Origin: the human T2T-CHM13v2.0 reference genome, Homo sapiens
Length of the DNA: 64,000 bases
Reading direction: 5' to 3' (one strand)
NCBI RefSeq assembly: GCF_009914755.1
Contig: NC_060926.1
The translations under genes were made by a program, and so were the position numbers. The notes below the pieces were generated by a model that searched no databases, was not told the DNA's origin, and saw only the letters and a program-made list of their open reading frames with translations. Shown here piece by piece: positions 13,560 to 28,067 of the stretch. The number at the start of each line of letters is the position of its first letter. The stretch's first letter is position 1.

Positions 13560-13930
13560 CTAGTTCTGTCCACAGAAAGGGTCCTAAAGTAATGATATTT
13601 TATAGCAGTGGCCAAATTTGTTGCCTATATCTTGGTGTCTAAATACATTTCCCAGAAAAAACAAAAACTAGGGATATCCGTGGAAGGAAAACTGATTTTA
13701 AGTACAGTTCATGGGAAGTAGAAGATGAACCTAGAATACTGTTTTTTGCCAAAAGCAAAGAAATACTTAAAGACCATTGAGGCACCCAAAATGGCATAGG
13801 ATCCTCTCAAAATAATTCTCTTCTGAAAAAAAAGAGTCTCAAAGGAGATCCTTTCACAATTGGTTAAGTTTGAATATTTACATTATATAATGTTATGGAA
13901 TCAATATTGAATTTCTTGGGTCTAATAAAA
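13560..13930 (+). mobile_element. L1MC-like 3' UTR fragment
   Basis: gaagatgaacctagaatactg...gccaaaagcaaagaaatacttaaagac resembles the L1MC 3' UTR. Confidence 0.5.
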
Positions 13931-14446
13931 ATGCATTTTATGTCTTTGTTTATTCTTTTATCATAATCATTATAGCTGTTCTTTACCTAATATTTATTAG
14001 GTGCTTACTATACTTCAGGCAGTGAACATTTTCTTACATTAATTAATTTAATCATTAAAACAATCGTTTGGCATAGATAAAATTATTATCACAATTACAC
14101 AGACATCTCCAGTAATTTTCAATCTTTTCTGGCATAAAACAAAAGTTTTCTATAACACCCCTAGTACTTCAAAATCCAAATCAATTATCAGTAATTTTTT
14201 ACTCATAATGAAGTTCTGAAGTACATTGAACTAAAAAACAGTACCAACTGTATCTGAAATTTACAATTTTATGTATATAAATTTATATATTCTGTATATA
14301 AATTCACATATTATGTATAATTTTCACCCAGCCTGGGAAATAGACATTGACCAGGACATTTGGAGTTTCTCATGTGTCCCTTTCCAATTGCAGTACCTCT
14401 TCAGTGTATATAATAATCTCTTTGCTTAAAAATAGCCTTAATACAA

Positions 14447-14558
14447 GTATTAGTTTGCTGGGGATGTTGTAACAAACTGGGGGTTTGAACATCTGAGGTA
14501 CTAAGGATTAGGACTTCAACACAGGAACTATGCGAGGGACACAATTCAACCCACAATA
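14447..14558 (-). mobile_element. Internally deleted MLT1A-type LTR
   Basis: Both termini joined: gtattagtttgct...aacaaactgg then tctgaggtact...gggacacaattcaacccacaa. Confidence 0.65.
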
Positions 14559-14569
14559 ATACAAATGTA

Positions 14570-15600
14570 TGCAATCCTAAAACTATGGTTTAATTTTGCT
14601 TGTTTTTGAGTTTTATAACCACAATGCATTCATTTTTGGTGACTTGATTCTTTACTCAATATTATGTTCTTAAGATTCATCTTTGTTAACACATAGCATA
14701 TGTATTGTTACATAAATACATGCTAATATATTTATGCACTCTACTATTGGTGGATATATGCGTTAGCTTAAATTTTAAATTTCTGTTAAAAACAATGCTG
14801 CCACGACCATTTTTATTCAAGTCTCCAGATGCACATTGCAAGGTGTTCTCTAGGGCAGTTCTCCCTGCTAGCTTCTTCTGTAATTGGATTAAACATTTGT
14901 GGTTTTATTGATCCCCTTAGCCCCGGTCTGCAAGCAGTCTCATTTATTACACAGTATGTTGTACAAATATTATGTCCTTCTATGAACTTGTATAATGGGA
15001 AGAAGCACTGCTTCAGGATGATGTTACTGGATTATAGGGCATGTCCACAATTACTAGATACTGCCAAATTGTTCTCAAAACTCATCAAGCAATTTATACT
15101 TCTATCATTAATGTGTTCCCAATTCTCCACACCTTTGGACAATATGTGGTATCAACAGACTTTTAAATTTCTATCGATCTTGTGGTTTCGAAACAATATT
15201 AAATTTTGGCTTTCTCAAGATTACTAAAAAGTAGATGACCATCATATATATTGGCAATTTATATTTCTCTTTCTCTGAATTATTTCTTCATGTATTTTGG
15301 ACATATTTCAATTGAATTGTTGAACTGTTTGCAATTCAAAAGAATTTTTATATATTTAAATACTAATTGTTATTGCTTATATTAATAAAAGTATTTTTCT
15401 CAGCCTGTGGTTTGCCTTTTTACTCACTGATGATGCTTTCTTTTCATTTTAGTTAATTGAACTTACTAACCTTTCCCTAGATCTTTTTGGTGTCTTGTTT
15501 AAAAAGTTCTCTGTTGCCCAAAAGGTATGACTATTTCTTCTATATTTCCTTGAAAAGTTTTAAGATTTTGCCTTTAAAAAGTTTAATTTCTTTTGAAGAA
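14570..15600 (-). mobile_element. Old L1M host element (3' part)
   Basis: T-rich L1 antisense motifs (ctgccaaattgttctcaaa, ctcagcctgtggtttgccttt). Confidence 0.7.
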
Positions 15601-15639
15601 TCTTGCTTGGTTCTGAAGCTCTCTGATATGCTTTAAAAC

Positions 15640-17441
15640 ATTTTAGGTTTTATTTTAGATACAGGGGGTACATATGCAGGTGTGTTACATGGGTATCTCG
15701 CACCCAGGTAGTGAGCATAGTATCAAATAGGTAGTTTTTCAACCAATATCCTCCTTCCCTCCCCACCTAGTAGTCCACATTTCTGTTGTTCCTATTTTTA
15801 TGTCCATATGTGCTCAGTGTTTATTTCCTACTTATAAGTGAGAACAAGAAGTATTTGGTTTTCTGTTTCTGCATTAGTTCACTTAGGATTGTCTGGCCTC
15901 CAGCACTATCCATGTTGCTGCAAAGGAAATTATTTCATTCTTTTTTATGGCTGCATGGTATTCCATGGTGTGCATGCAGTATATTTTGTTTATCCAATCC
16001 ACCATTCATTGGTTGATTCCATATCTTTGCTATTATGAATAGCACAATGATGAACATAGGAGTGCATGTATGTTTTTGGTATAATGATCTATTTTTCTTT
16101 GGGTATATACCAGTCATGGGATTGCTGGGTCAAATGGTACCTCCATTTTAAGTTCTTTGAGAAATCTCCAAACTGGCTTCCACAGTGGCTAACCTAATTT
16201 ACATTCCCACAAACAGTGTGTAAGTGTTCCCTTTTCTTTGCAGCCTTGGCAGCATCTGTTGTTTTTTTGACTTTTTAATAGCCATTCTGATTGGTGTGTG
16301 GTGGTATCTCAGTGGGGTTTTGATTTGCATTTCTCTGATGATTAATGATTATAAGCACTTTTTCATGTTTGTTGACTGCTTGTATATCTTCTTTTGAGAA
16401 GTGTATCTTCATGCCCTTTGCCAGTTTAAAAAAAAAAAAAAGTTTCACTCATGTTTCCTGGGCTGGAGTGCAATGGCATGATCTCGGCTCAATGCAAGCT
16501 CTGCCTCCCAGGATTCTCCTGCCCTAGCCTCCCGAGTAGCTGGAATTATAGGCCTGCACCACCAAACCTAGCTAATTTGTGTATTTTTAGAAGAGATTGG
16601 GTTTTTCCATGTTGACCAGGCTGGTCTCAAACTGCTGACCTCAGGTGATCTGCCTGCCTTGGCCTCCCAAAGTGCTGGAATTACAGGTGTGAGCCACTGT
16701 GCCCAGTCCTTTGCCAGTTTTTTAATGGGGTTAATTTGTTTCTTCCTTGTTGATTTGTTTAAGTTCTTTATAGATTCTGAATACTAGACTTTTATTGGAT
16801 GTACAGTTTTAGAATGTTTTATCCCATCTTGTAGGCTGTCTGTTTGCTCTATTGATAGTTCTTTTGCGGTGCAAGAGCTCTTTAGTTTAATTAAGCCCCA
16901 CTTGTCAATTTTTGGTTTTGTTGCAATTGCTTGTGGGATATAGCCAAAAATTTTTGCTAAGGCCAATGTTGAGAAGGGTATTTCTGAGATTTTCTTACAG
17001 GATTTTAATAGTTTGAGGTCTTACACTTAAATATTTAATAAATATTGGGTTAATTTTCATATATGGTAAATGGTAGGGTCCAGTTTCATTCTTCTGCATA
17101 TGGCCAGCCAGCGATCCCACGACCATTTATTGAATAGGAAGTACTTTCCCCATTGCTTATTTTTGTTGGCCTTGTCAAAAATAATACGAGTCTAAGTATG
17201 TAGCTTTTTTTCCTGAGTTTTCTATTCTGTTCCATTGGTCTATGTTTCTGTTTTTGTACCACCACCATGATATTTTGGTGACTGTAGTCTTATAGCATAG
17301 TTTGAAGTGGGATAGTGTGATGTCTCTGGCTTTGTTCTTTTTGCTTAGGATAGCCTTTGCTATTTGAGCTCTTGTTTGGTTGCATATAAATTTTATAACA
17401 GTTTTTTCTAATTCTGTAAAGAATAATATTGGTAGTTTGAT
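15640..17441 (-). mobile_element. L1PA13-16-like element, 3' UTR plus ORF2 C-terminus (non-inverted segment)
   Basis: 3' UTR cacccaggtagtgagcatagt...cttataagtgagaac; minus-strand ORF2 [13 protein letters not shown]...[11 protein letters not shown]...[14 protein letters not shown]. Confidence 0.92.
16428..16708 (-). mobile_element. AluS nested in the L1PA
   Basis: Dimer; TSD ctttgccagttt at 16416-16427 and 16709-16720. Confidence 0.93.
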
Positions 17442-18030
17442 AAAAGCCTGTGACAAACCCACAGCCAAAATCACACTGAATAGGCAAAAGCTGGAAGTAT
17501 TCCCCCTTGAGAACTGGAGCAAGACAAAATTCCCACTATCACCACTGTTATTCTTCATAGTACCAGAAGTCCTAGCCAGAGAGATCAGGCAAGGGAAGGA
17601 AGTAAAAGGCATCCAAATAGGAAAAGAAGGCAAACTACCTCTCTCCACTGGCAATATAGTTCCATACCTAGAAAGCCCTAAAGAATCTGCCAAAATGCTA
17701 CTAGAACTGATAAAAAATTTTAGTAAAGTTTTAGGATACAAAATCAATCTGCAAAAATCAGTAGCATTTCTATACATCAATAATGTCCTGGCTGAGAGTC
17801 AAGTTAAGAACAGAATCCCATGTACAATAGCCACAAAGAAAATGAAATACCTAGGAATACAGCTAACCAAGAAGCTGACAAATCTCTATGAGGAGAGCTA
17901 TAAAACATTGCTGAAAGAAATTAGAGACAACACAAATAAATGGAAAAACGTTCCATGCTTATGGATTGGAAGAATCAACATTTTTTAAGTGGACATGCTT
18001 CCCAAAGAAATTTATAGATTCAAAGTAATA
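17442..18030 (+). mobile_element. Inverted L1 ORF2 (RT-domain) segment of the same L1PA insertion
   Basis: [19 protein letters not shown]...PLSPLLF...[19 protein letters not shown]...KYLGIQLT...WIGRINI. Confidence 0.92.
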
Positions 18031-18079
18031 TGCCTTTATATGATATAAATTTGTGATCTAATTAATTTTTTTCTCATAT

Positions 18080-18620
18080 TGGGTGATTATTAATTTTATG
18101 TGTCAACCTCACTGGGCTAAGGAATACCCAAATAACTGGTAAAACATCACTTCTCGGTGTTTCTGTGAGGGTATTTCTGGAAGACATTAGCGTTTGAATC
18201 AGTAGACAGAATAAAGAAAATAGCCCTTTCCATTGTGAGTAGGCATCATCCAATCAGTTAAAGGCCTAAGTAGAATAAAAAAGTGGAAGAGTAAACTTGT
18301 TCCCTGTCTGAGCTTGTACATACAACTTATCCTGCCCTTAGACAACCACACTCTTAGGTCTAAGGTCCTTGGACTTGGACTGCAACTTACACCATGGCCT
18401 CCCACCCTCCTTGCAGTTCTCAAGCCTTTTAACTCACACAGAATTACACCACCAGTTTTCCTGGGTCTCCAGCTTGCATAGGACAGATGTTAGGACTTCT
18501 CATCCTCCATAACCTTGTGAGTCAATTCCAATAATACATTCTCTCTCTCTCTCTCTCTCTCTCTCCCCCAACCCACCCACCTCACAGGTTATGTTTCCCA
18601 GGAGAACCCTGAGTAATACA
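18080..18620 (+). mobile_element. MLT2 (ERVL) solo LTR
   Basis: taattttatgtgtcaacctcactgggcta start; ggagaaccctgagtaataca end; catat on both flanks. Confidence 0.88.
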
Positions 18621-18624
18621 GCAT

Positions 18625-20860
18625 ATGGATAATACATTGTTGCAGTATCATTAAGAAAAATAATCCTCCCTTTCACAAATGATTTGCAATGGCAGTATTT
18701 TTTTGTTTCCAAATAAGCACAGGCCTGTTGTTGGACTATTTACTTTCTTCCGATGTTTTATTTGTCCAGTATTAAACTGGCATCACAGTGTCTTAATTAC
18801 TACAGCTTTATAATAAGTGCTGTTTTCTGATTGAGCAAGTCTCCAAGTTCTGCTTCAGGAATATTCTTAGCTCTTTGTTGTCTCATACAAATTTTAGGAC
18901 CAGCTTATCAAGCTCCATAAAATACCTTGTTGGTATAAGAAATAAAATTGTAATGTTTCTAGACATTAAAGGAAATCAGCATTTTTTTATTATATTGAGT
19001 ATTCCTATCCATAGAAATGTTACTTCTTTCCAGTTATTTAAGTCTTCTTTAGTGTCTTTCAATTGACTCATTATTTTCTTCAGAAAGGTCTCATAATTCC
19101 ATATTAGATATATTTCTATCAATCTTACTTTTGGGTATTAAAATTATATTCTTCTTACAACTTAATTTTCTGACTTTTGAAACTGATATAAAAATGCAAC
19201 TTGTCTAGATATACTGATTTTACATCTGACAAGCTTAATAAATACTAATTCCAATAAATAAGGCTGTATTAATTAGTTATCTATGGATAATGATTTACAG
19301 ATTTGCCAGTTGTGGTTAAAAATACATGATTTGTGTACACGTGTAAGTGTGTGTGTGTATATATTTGTATATGTGTATCATATGTATTATATGTATTGTA
19401 TATTACATGTATTTGTATATGTGTATATTTATTATATACATTTGTATCTGTGTATACATGTGTAATATATATACATACATGGTATATATTGTATACATAT
19501 ATTGTAAATGTACATATACCCATATACACATATACAAATCTATAATTTGAAATTTGTTAGACTTGCATTAGTACCTTATACAAAGATACTTTTTAGAAAG
19601 TTTTATCTGACTTTAAAAAATATAAAATTTTACTTTGTTGGATGCAGTGTTCTATATAAGAACAAGTTGATTAATTTTGCTCAATTCTTAATATATTTGA
19701 TCTCTTACTGAGAGCAGTGTCTTCATGTCTTTGATTTTGATTGGAGATTTGTGTCCAACTTCTTATGCTTCTGTTAATTTTTCTTTACATAGTTTTTGGA
19801 CAAACTATTAGATAATAAAATTTTATAATTTTTATATCTTCCTGGAACAGTAAATTCTTTGTCAATATTTAGTGATCCTTTCTAATTCAATCATGTTTTT
19901 GGCCGTCAAGTCTATATGTGTCCCACAATAGCAAACTTTAGGTAGGATTTGCCTATTGTAATTTTATCTTTTCCAGTTCAATAAATCACTGTGGCTTTAC
20001 ATTTTAGGCATGTCTCTTATAAATAGTATATAGCTATCTTTTATTTCTTTAATAAGTTAAATAAATATCATTTTTTGGTTAGTCACATATTTAGATTCAA
20101 TTCTGCTGCTGAGTTTATGCTATTTGTCTTGCTTTATATTTCTTTCAGATGATTTTTTCACATTTTTTCACCTTATTTTATCTCTTTAATAGTTTGAAAG
20201 TTATACATTATCAATTTTTTATGTTTTTATGTAACCTATAAGTTGCAATATTATCATTTTAATGATTCAAATTTATCATTACTATTTTCATATATAGTTT
20301 CATTTACTTATTCATTCATTTGTTTATTTGTAGATTCAAGAACATGTTTATTATTTTTTGTCACCATTTTTTTCTTGCATCTCAGAATTTTCTTCTGGGA
20401 TCGTTTTTTTTTTCCCTGATGCACATTCATAGGATATTTTGTTTAAGCTGTCTTTGTTGCACACTCAGTCGAATAATTTTATTGTGTGTGCAATTCTGGG
20501 CTGACAGTTAGTGACCCTCGGCAGTGCACACTATCTGTCCCTGTCTGAGACTTATGTTGTTGCTGTGGCCAAGTCAGCTTCTAGTCCCTTGTTGGTATTC
20601 CCTTGCTGTAAATTGTTCTTTATGTTGGTAGTTCTTCAGCTTTATTACAGTGGGCTTGGATGTGAATTTTGTTTCAAAACCACTTGGGTTTTTTGCATTT
20701 CTGGTTTCCCACCATTATCACTTTGCGTATTTTCTCTTTGCCATATTTTTTGCCCTCTTTTTGAAAATCTAGATAAACATACATTAAACCTGACTCTATT
20801 CTTCATGCATCTTGTCCTTTCTTTTATTTTCAGATCATTGTCTGTTTGTCCAGAATTGCA
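18625..20860 (-). mobile_element. Old L1M host element (continuation, fragmented)
   Basis: cacagtgtcttaattactacagctt, tattgagtattcctatccatagaaa, ttgttggatgcagtgttctata. Confidence 0.7.
19335..19545. repeat. (TA)/(TATG) low-complexity tract
   Basis: Directly visible alternating purine-pyrimidine repeat. Confidence 0.9.
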
Positions 20861-21394
20861 TAACGTCTTTAGGAAAATGTGTCAAACAGGAGAATGCCAT
20901 AAATAATGGCTAAGTGAAACATGGACACATCAGCCCACTTCTTTCTACATAGACATTACATAATCTCTGTGACTTGTATGATTTTTAGCTTTTGCAAGTA
21001 AATGTTATTATACGTTAACGTAGTCTCATGGAAAACTTTACAAATGAGGCGACTCAAGATTATCCCTGTTTTGCTTTGTGAGTTTGGGAAATTCTTTGAT
21101 ATTTTCTGTTTTTAAAGGACGGTAAAAGTAAAAACTATAGAAGCACTAAAAGTTAGCTAATAACTGCAGTAAAACTTTAGTTGACATTTGTAACAATTCT
21201 TTGACTTTCCAAAAATGTCACCAAACTATATGATAATATTATCAAAATAACAACAATAATATTATTATGAATCTTACAGTTTTAATATTCCTGGATATAC
21301 ATAGATTCATGTTAGGACCAAAAAAGGTAATTTGGAGCTTTTTCACTTGGAAATATATTGTAAATTTTAGGAACTATGTGTTCAACTATCTCAG

Positions 21395-21600
21395 TCACAT
21401 AGCATAAAAAATAATATGTATAGTTATATAATATACATACATTATATATAATGTATAATATAGATGCAATAACATTTTGATAGCTATATCTAATTAACAT
21501 ACAATATTAATGTTAGGTTATTATATAACGTGTAATATATTGTTAATGTATACAAATAACATATAATATATAATTAATATGTATATAATATCTTATACTG
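21395..21600. repeat. AT-rich low-complexity tract
   Basis: Degenerate TATA/TAAT repeats. Confidence 0.75.
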
Positions 21601-23279
21601 AAAATTGACTGACTTATGTCAGCAGAAACTGTTGTAACAACCTTCTGCTACAGCCACTGGGTTAAGTTGAAAGATAATCCTATACCCTGGTTCTTGTATT
21701 TAAAAAGGAAGAGAGAGAGGATAGCATTGCTTGGGGTTTTCCAAATTCCCACTAAAAGCAGAAGGAAATAGATATTTTCCTAAGAGTTATTTTCTCTTCA
21801 ACTATATTTTAATCACAGAAAGTTACACATTAAATGACAATTTGCTTATATCATAAGAAGAATCAAGTGAGTTCCTGTGAAGAGTTATACCTAAATTATT
21901 TGTAAAATTTGCTGCAAGCTCAAGAATCATCCTTCTCTCCTGTGATGGAGGAGAGCACAATCAGTTGACTCTTCTAATCACATCCTGCCCAAACCTGAGC
22001 AGAAAGAAACATACTCCTCTGCAAGAAAACTACATGAATCCCCTGTTATCCTTTAGATAGTGACAGCAGAAGAAAACTAATGTTTAACTCTTTTTGGAAA
22101 TAAGAAATACTGCTTTCAAATATTCTTTATGCAAGCACATTGTAGTTTGTTACAATTTAAAGAACAGTATTGTTTCAACTTTTAGAGTATTTCCTATATA
22201 AAATCTTAGTTCCTCTTCACACTTTACAAGTTAGTCGAGGTATAGTACTGGTAATATTTAGTATTACATATAAAACAGTAAAATAGATATGAATGCTTAC
22301 ATTGTATCTGGTACTATAAAGCACTTCAAAATTGTGACATTTAATTCTATCCTCAGTTCATAGAATATGTACTATTCCTACATTTGCTTTACAGATCATA
22401 AAAATAAGGCACAGTTTATTGACTTATAAGAGTTCACTGCTAGTAAGTATTAAAGCAGTTATTTAAAGCTAAGAAAATTGCTTTAATTCACATAGCTAAG
22501 TCAATATGAGTCAATACCGAAGTGTGAAGTGTGGCAACTTCCACTGTTTTCAAGGGCTGGATGATTTCTTTGGTTTGATCATATGTCCTAAGGTCCCTTT
22601 AGGTAATGATGGTAAAGACGCTTTCCAACTTTAATTAATGAGCTCACTGTTAATGTTACATAATTCTAAGTTGCAGTATAACATTGGATAGCAATTAAAC
22701 AAAAGTACTTGGCAACTTCTACAGGGCATAAAATGTTTTGGTTCTTTAATTTTCACCATTTAGGAGAACTTTTCCCATTTTTCTTATATAGAACCTGTAA
22801 CTAAAGATAAGTTCCCTTCGAGGAGCCACTACTAATGAATTTCATCCTTAAATGAGAAAATGGCATTGGAGAAGAGTTTTACTCTGTTTACATAGCCACC
22901 TATAAAATAACCAAAGGGGCATTTGTGGAGAAATTTCTGTTTCAAAGGAAGTACCTAAGAGATTTATTACAGGATATTTGTTATTTTCCCAACTATAAAA
23001 GTAGTGCAAACCCATGGTAGAAAATTAGATTTAAAATGACAACTAAAAGTACTAAAGCTTTAAAAATTCCAGAGAAAGCAGAAATTTTTGTTAGTGTGTG
23101 TCTGAGATATTGTGTGTTTTTTCTTTGTTTATTAAATTTTATCTTTAGTATTCTGCATACAATGATTAAATAATTATTTCCAGGGAAACAAAAAAGAAAC
23201 TTCCATCATTATCTCAGTAAAATATTTTCTCTAAATATCTTTCGTATTGATGGTGAAGCACTTCAATGAGCCTTCACTT

Positions 23280-23815
<536 letters not shown>

Positions 23816-23819
23816 GGAG

Positions 23820-24434
23820 TGTGGTAGGCAAAATTGTAAAATGACCCCTCAGAGACCCCTATGTTTGTCTAATACCTTCTTCTTGAGTGTGAGAAAGAAC
23901 CTTGAGTGTGATAAGATATCACTTTCATTGTATGACAAGAGGGATTCAACAGATGTAATTAAGATTCCCAATTAGTGGTAGTGAAAGTACTAATTGAAGG
24001 TAGTGAAAGGGAAGATGATCCTGGGTGTGCCAGATCTAATCATGTGAGGCGTTTAAAATATAATGAAGCATCAGTCATTCTCCTCCTGGCACAGGAGATA
24101 AAGCAAACTACCAGGTAGTGAGACAAAGAGACCATGTAGCGAGGAATTGAAGGTGTTCCCAGGAGTTGATAGTAGCCTCTGACTGGCAGACAATAAGAAA
24201 GAAATCTTAACCCTCCAACCACAAACAGATATTTGCCTATAACAGTGTGTTTGGAAGATAACTCTGAGCCCCAGATGAGAACCTTTCGCTATCTGGCATC
24301 TTGATTGCAGCCTTGTAAGATCTGAACAGTGTGCCGAGCTAAGAAAGCCTTAAACTCCAACCCATGGGAATGGTGAGATTATAACCATGCATTATTTTAT
24401 GCCTTGAGTGTACGTGGCAATAGAGCACTAATAA
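23820..24434 (+). mobile_element. MLT1E-like MaLR solo LTR
   Basis: tgtggtaggcaaaattgtaaaatgacccc start; cagatgtaattaag; gcaatagagcactaata end. Confidence 0.8.
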
Positions 24435-25369
24435 ACGAATTTGGTCCATGAAGGCTTCTTTGCAAAGGTGAGATGTGGGCCAAGAGGTGAGGAAGAGTGA
24501 ACGTGTAGCCGTTACAGGTTTTGATTATTGGAATCAGGTGTTGAAGTAAGTTTCAAAATGCTTGGTTTTATTGGTATGAGTTTAAAAAAAGAATAAACTC
24601 TTTCATGATAAAAATATGAGATAGTATTTGAACTAATAAAAAATTCACTTCTCAGAAAAGAAGTAATCATCATTTTCAGAGACAATATTTCAAATTGCAG
24701 AAATCTTAGAAAAAGGGTACCCAGAAAAGATAAAATTCAAGGATCTAGAGGAATGCAGAAATAAATGCCATCAAGGGATGAAGGTGGAGGGTTGCAATAG
24801 CAGAAGACACTGTTCATTTCTTTATATAATGAATATTTGAAGGAAGTGTGACCTGGAGAGGAGCTACTTAACAGCTAGTCAATCAATCTATTCATTAATC
24901 AATAAGTAATTAGGGAGCCTTTGCTGTGTGTGCAGTAAGCACTCACTTGCACAGACAAGGAACACCATAGATTTAATGGCATCAGCTCTTCTTAAGAGCT
25001 TTAACTCAACTGGATAAAGAAAACATGTAGAGGAATTATTTATGAGACCACATGCAAAAAATATATATCCTCTTATGTGGTATGGCTGCAAGTTGTAAAA
25101 CAACACAAGCTATGGAACAACACAAGTGAAAAACAATGCAAATTGCAAAATCCAAGCAAACCTTCATGGAAAATGTATAGTTTGAGTTGCGTTGTGAAGG
25201 GAATGGCATAATCAAACTAAATAAAGAGGATTTAAGAACATTATGGAAAATGGCTGCACTGTAAATGAGGAAACCCAGTATTCTGATAACAGCTTTAGAT
25301 TTAGAGATGAATGTATGGGCACAGAAAGATGTTGGGTAAAGCAATTTCACGAAGCACTGCTTAACAACT

Positions 25370-25808
25370 TGTCTGAATCTGGTGAAATAGAACACTCATG
25401 TAAGCAACAAGTTACATGAAGCAGGTTTCCTACTTACAGATAGACAGCAAGATACAATAGAAGCCTAGGATTCATTGTGCACCAGTCACCCAAGATTCAA
25501 TAAATCTACATGGGGGTAGATGAAGTCTTATGTGCATGTGCCATATTTGCACTGCAGCTGACAAACCCCACAAAGCACCCAAGTCCACATTGTAAAATCT
25601 GTGGGCCACAGGACAAGGTAGGTTAAAGCACTGGAGAACATCTTGTTTCTAGATGGGGAATGCGAGATAGCCTAGGGCATTCTATCCAGTCCTTCCTCAT
25701 CTGAGGATGTGGCATTCCTAACACATTCTAGAATTATTCTTGAGAACTGTAAGTGAGAAAGGGAGGAGAACTGGCTATGTCCAAGTTCACCCAGAGAACT
25801 TTCCTCCA
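25370..25808 (-). mobile_element. LTR47-like solo LTR
   Basis: Reverse complement gttctctgggtgaacttggac...cagttctcaagaataattctagaatgtgttaggaatgc matches the recalled LTR47 5' end. Confidence 0.7.
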
Positions 25809-26597
25809 GTTGTTATTGCTCTTAATTTCCTTTTGTGGTAGAAATGATGTGAAATTAAAATGTTGGATTCTCTAATCTTCCTCTTATCATTCTCTCACTA
25901 GTCTTCTATCCTAGAAAGCAAACAGTGAGCATCGTATTTAATTCACAAACACTAAGTTCTATTAGAAAGCCATTTCCTAAATATACATTCATAAGTACAA
26001 TAGATCAATTTTAGTGAATGAATGTATCCCAGAAGATTAGAAAATATTGGAAGTTGTAGTTATTTAAGATAGAATTTAAGTTCAGTATTTTCTATGGTCC
26101 TCTCTAGAGCTTAAATTCCTGAAATAAATAGCTGCGTCTTGAGTTGGGATTTTCAGCACCAAGGACAGTGACCATAATTTTGCTGAATGGATTACTAAAT
26201 GAATGATGAATGAATGGCAATCTGGTTTATTTAATCATGTATGCATTTCAGCAGATGGTAGAACTTAGGGGTGTATTCCCCACTCTCATCACTTTTCAAA
26301 CCTTGCAAGCTTCATTCTGATTTTCCCACACGTGTCCACCCTCTCTTGGAACACACTCAGTTTTCAAGCCATAGCCATGTTCCAAAATGAAACACCACCA
26401 CATTGAGTCAAAGCAAATAAAATCAATTGATGCATCATATTTTGAATGAGTATTGGCAAACACCAAGTCTGGCAGACAGATGGGATTCTACAAAGAAGGT
26501 ACAGATGGACCAGTCAGCCCAGAAGGGAAATCTTTCAATGTTTGTTTGAAGAAAACACAAATGTTTTATTTCAGTACAACTTTCATTGTTGTTATTG

Positions 26598-26921
26598 TTG
26601 AAGTTGATATTTTCAAACCACGTAAATATCTTTAGAAGTGTGAGACCTGTTACAAATACCTGTTTACTTTGTATTATTTGTTCTTAATCAGGCTTCCAGA
26701 AGATATTTGTTTGTTTTAAATTAGAGACTTACAAAGTTATCTTTATTCCAACAGAATTATTGAAGTTGATATTTTCAAACCCTGAAAATATCCTTAGAAG
26801 TATGAGACTTGTTACAAATACCTGCTTATTTTGTATTATTTGTTCTTAATCAGCCTTTCAGAAGGTAATTGTTTGTTTTAAAGTAGAGATTTACAAAGTT
26901 ATCTTTATCCCATCAGTATTA
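26598..26921. repeat. Tandem duplication, 2 x 162 bp
   Basis: Units start ttgaagttgatattttcaaacc at 26598 and 26760; about 17 mismatches by hand alignment, no indels. Confidence 0.95.
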
Positions 26922-27725
26922 TTACACCTTATTTCAGAATTAATGCAAAGATTCCTAGCATAATAATCATTAAATACTTTTGGTAGTCCAGAAGAGAGTG
27001 TTTCTGAGCAGATTTCTTAGAGTCAGATAACAATACAAATATTTTAGCTCTTAAGAGTGATTGAAAATCATTTCAGAATTAGAAAATGCAGTTTTTAACA
27101 ATTTCATTGTTTTAAGAAATGTAGAGTGTGCAATCACAGGTGCTGATTATTGAGAGAAAGACACTGTAGAAACATAAACCTCCTGAGAAACTAAATCAAT
27201 TGCATAAGGAAGCTCTGGTCCAAATGATGGATTTTATTTTAAATTTGTGGGTCTTGTGAGCTAGAGCTAAATGTGCTATCACAGGTGTTATTGTTTTGCG
27301 TTGCCTTTAACACCATCCTGGGAAGCTACAGAATCTAACTCTATGTTTTGTAGAATTAGCACTTCTTATTACTCAATAAATATTTAATGGTATGATATGC
27401 TAACCACACTAATGTGTTGAATATTTTAATTTCCTGCATTCCTGTGTGATTTAGCATTGTATTAATTAAAACTTTTTAAGAGTCTAAACTTGGGAGAATA
27501 TAGAAAAGTTCAAAAACTAAGTTGAAACTTTGCCAACCAAATGGCCCTCTCTCCCTCTTGGAATAGAAAAGTTGTTTGCATTAGCTGATTAGCTCCATGG
27601 AATAGGTTTACTCGTGTGATGTTGTTATTTACAATGAAACTTCTTGTTTTTAAAGAGCAGACCATCAAAGGAAGACCGTCATTGAGAACTCACTCAGAAT
27701 GGAAATAAGTTGATTCAACTATCGT

Positions 27726-28067
<342 letters not shown>

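Noticed and set aside
17175-17988. Two ~200-aa ORFs on opposite strands
   Set aside because: Both are chimeras of sense and antisense L1 ORF2 across the inversion junction, and the RT YADD motif is decayed. They are not genes.
19281-19550. Overlapping Y/I/V/C-rich ORFs
   Set aside because: These are translations of a TA/TG simple repeat.
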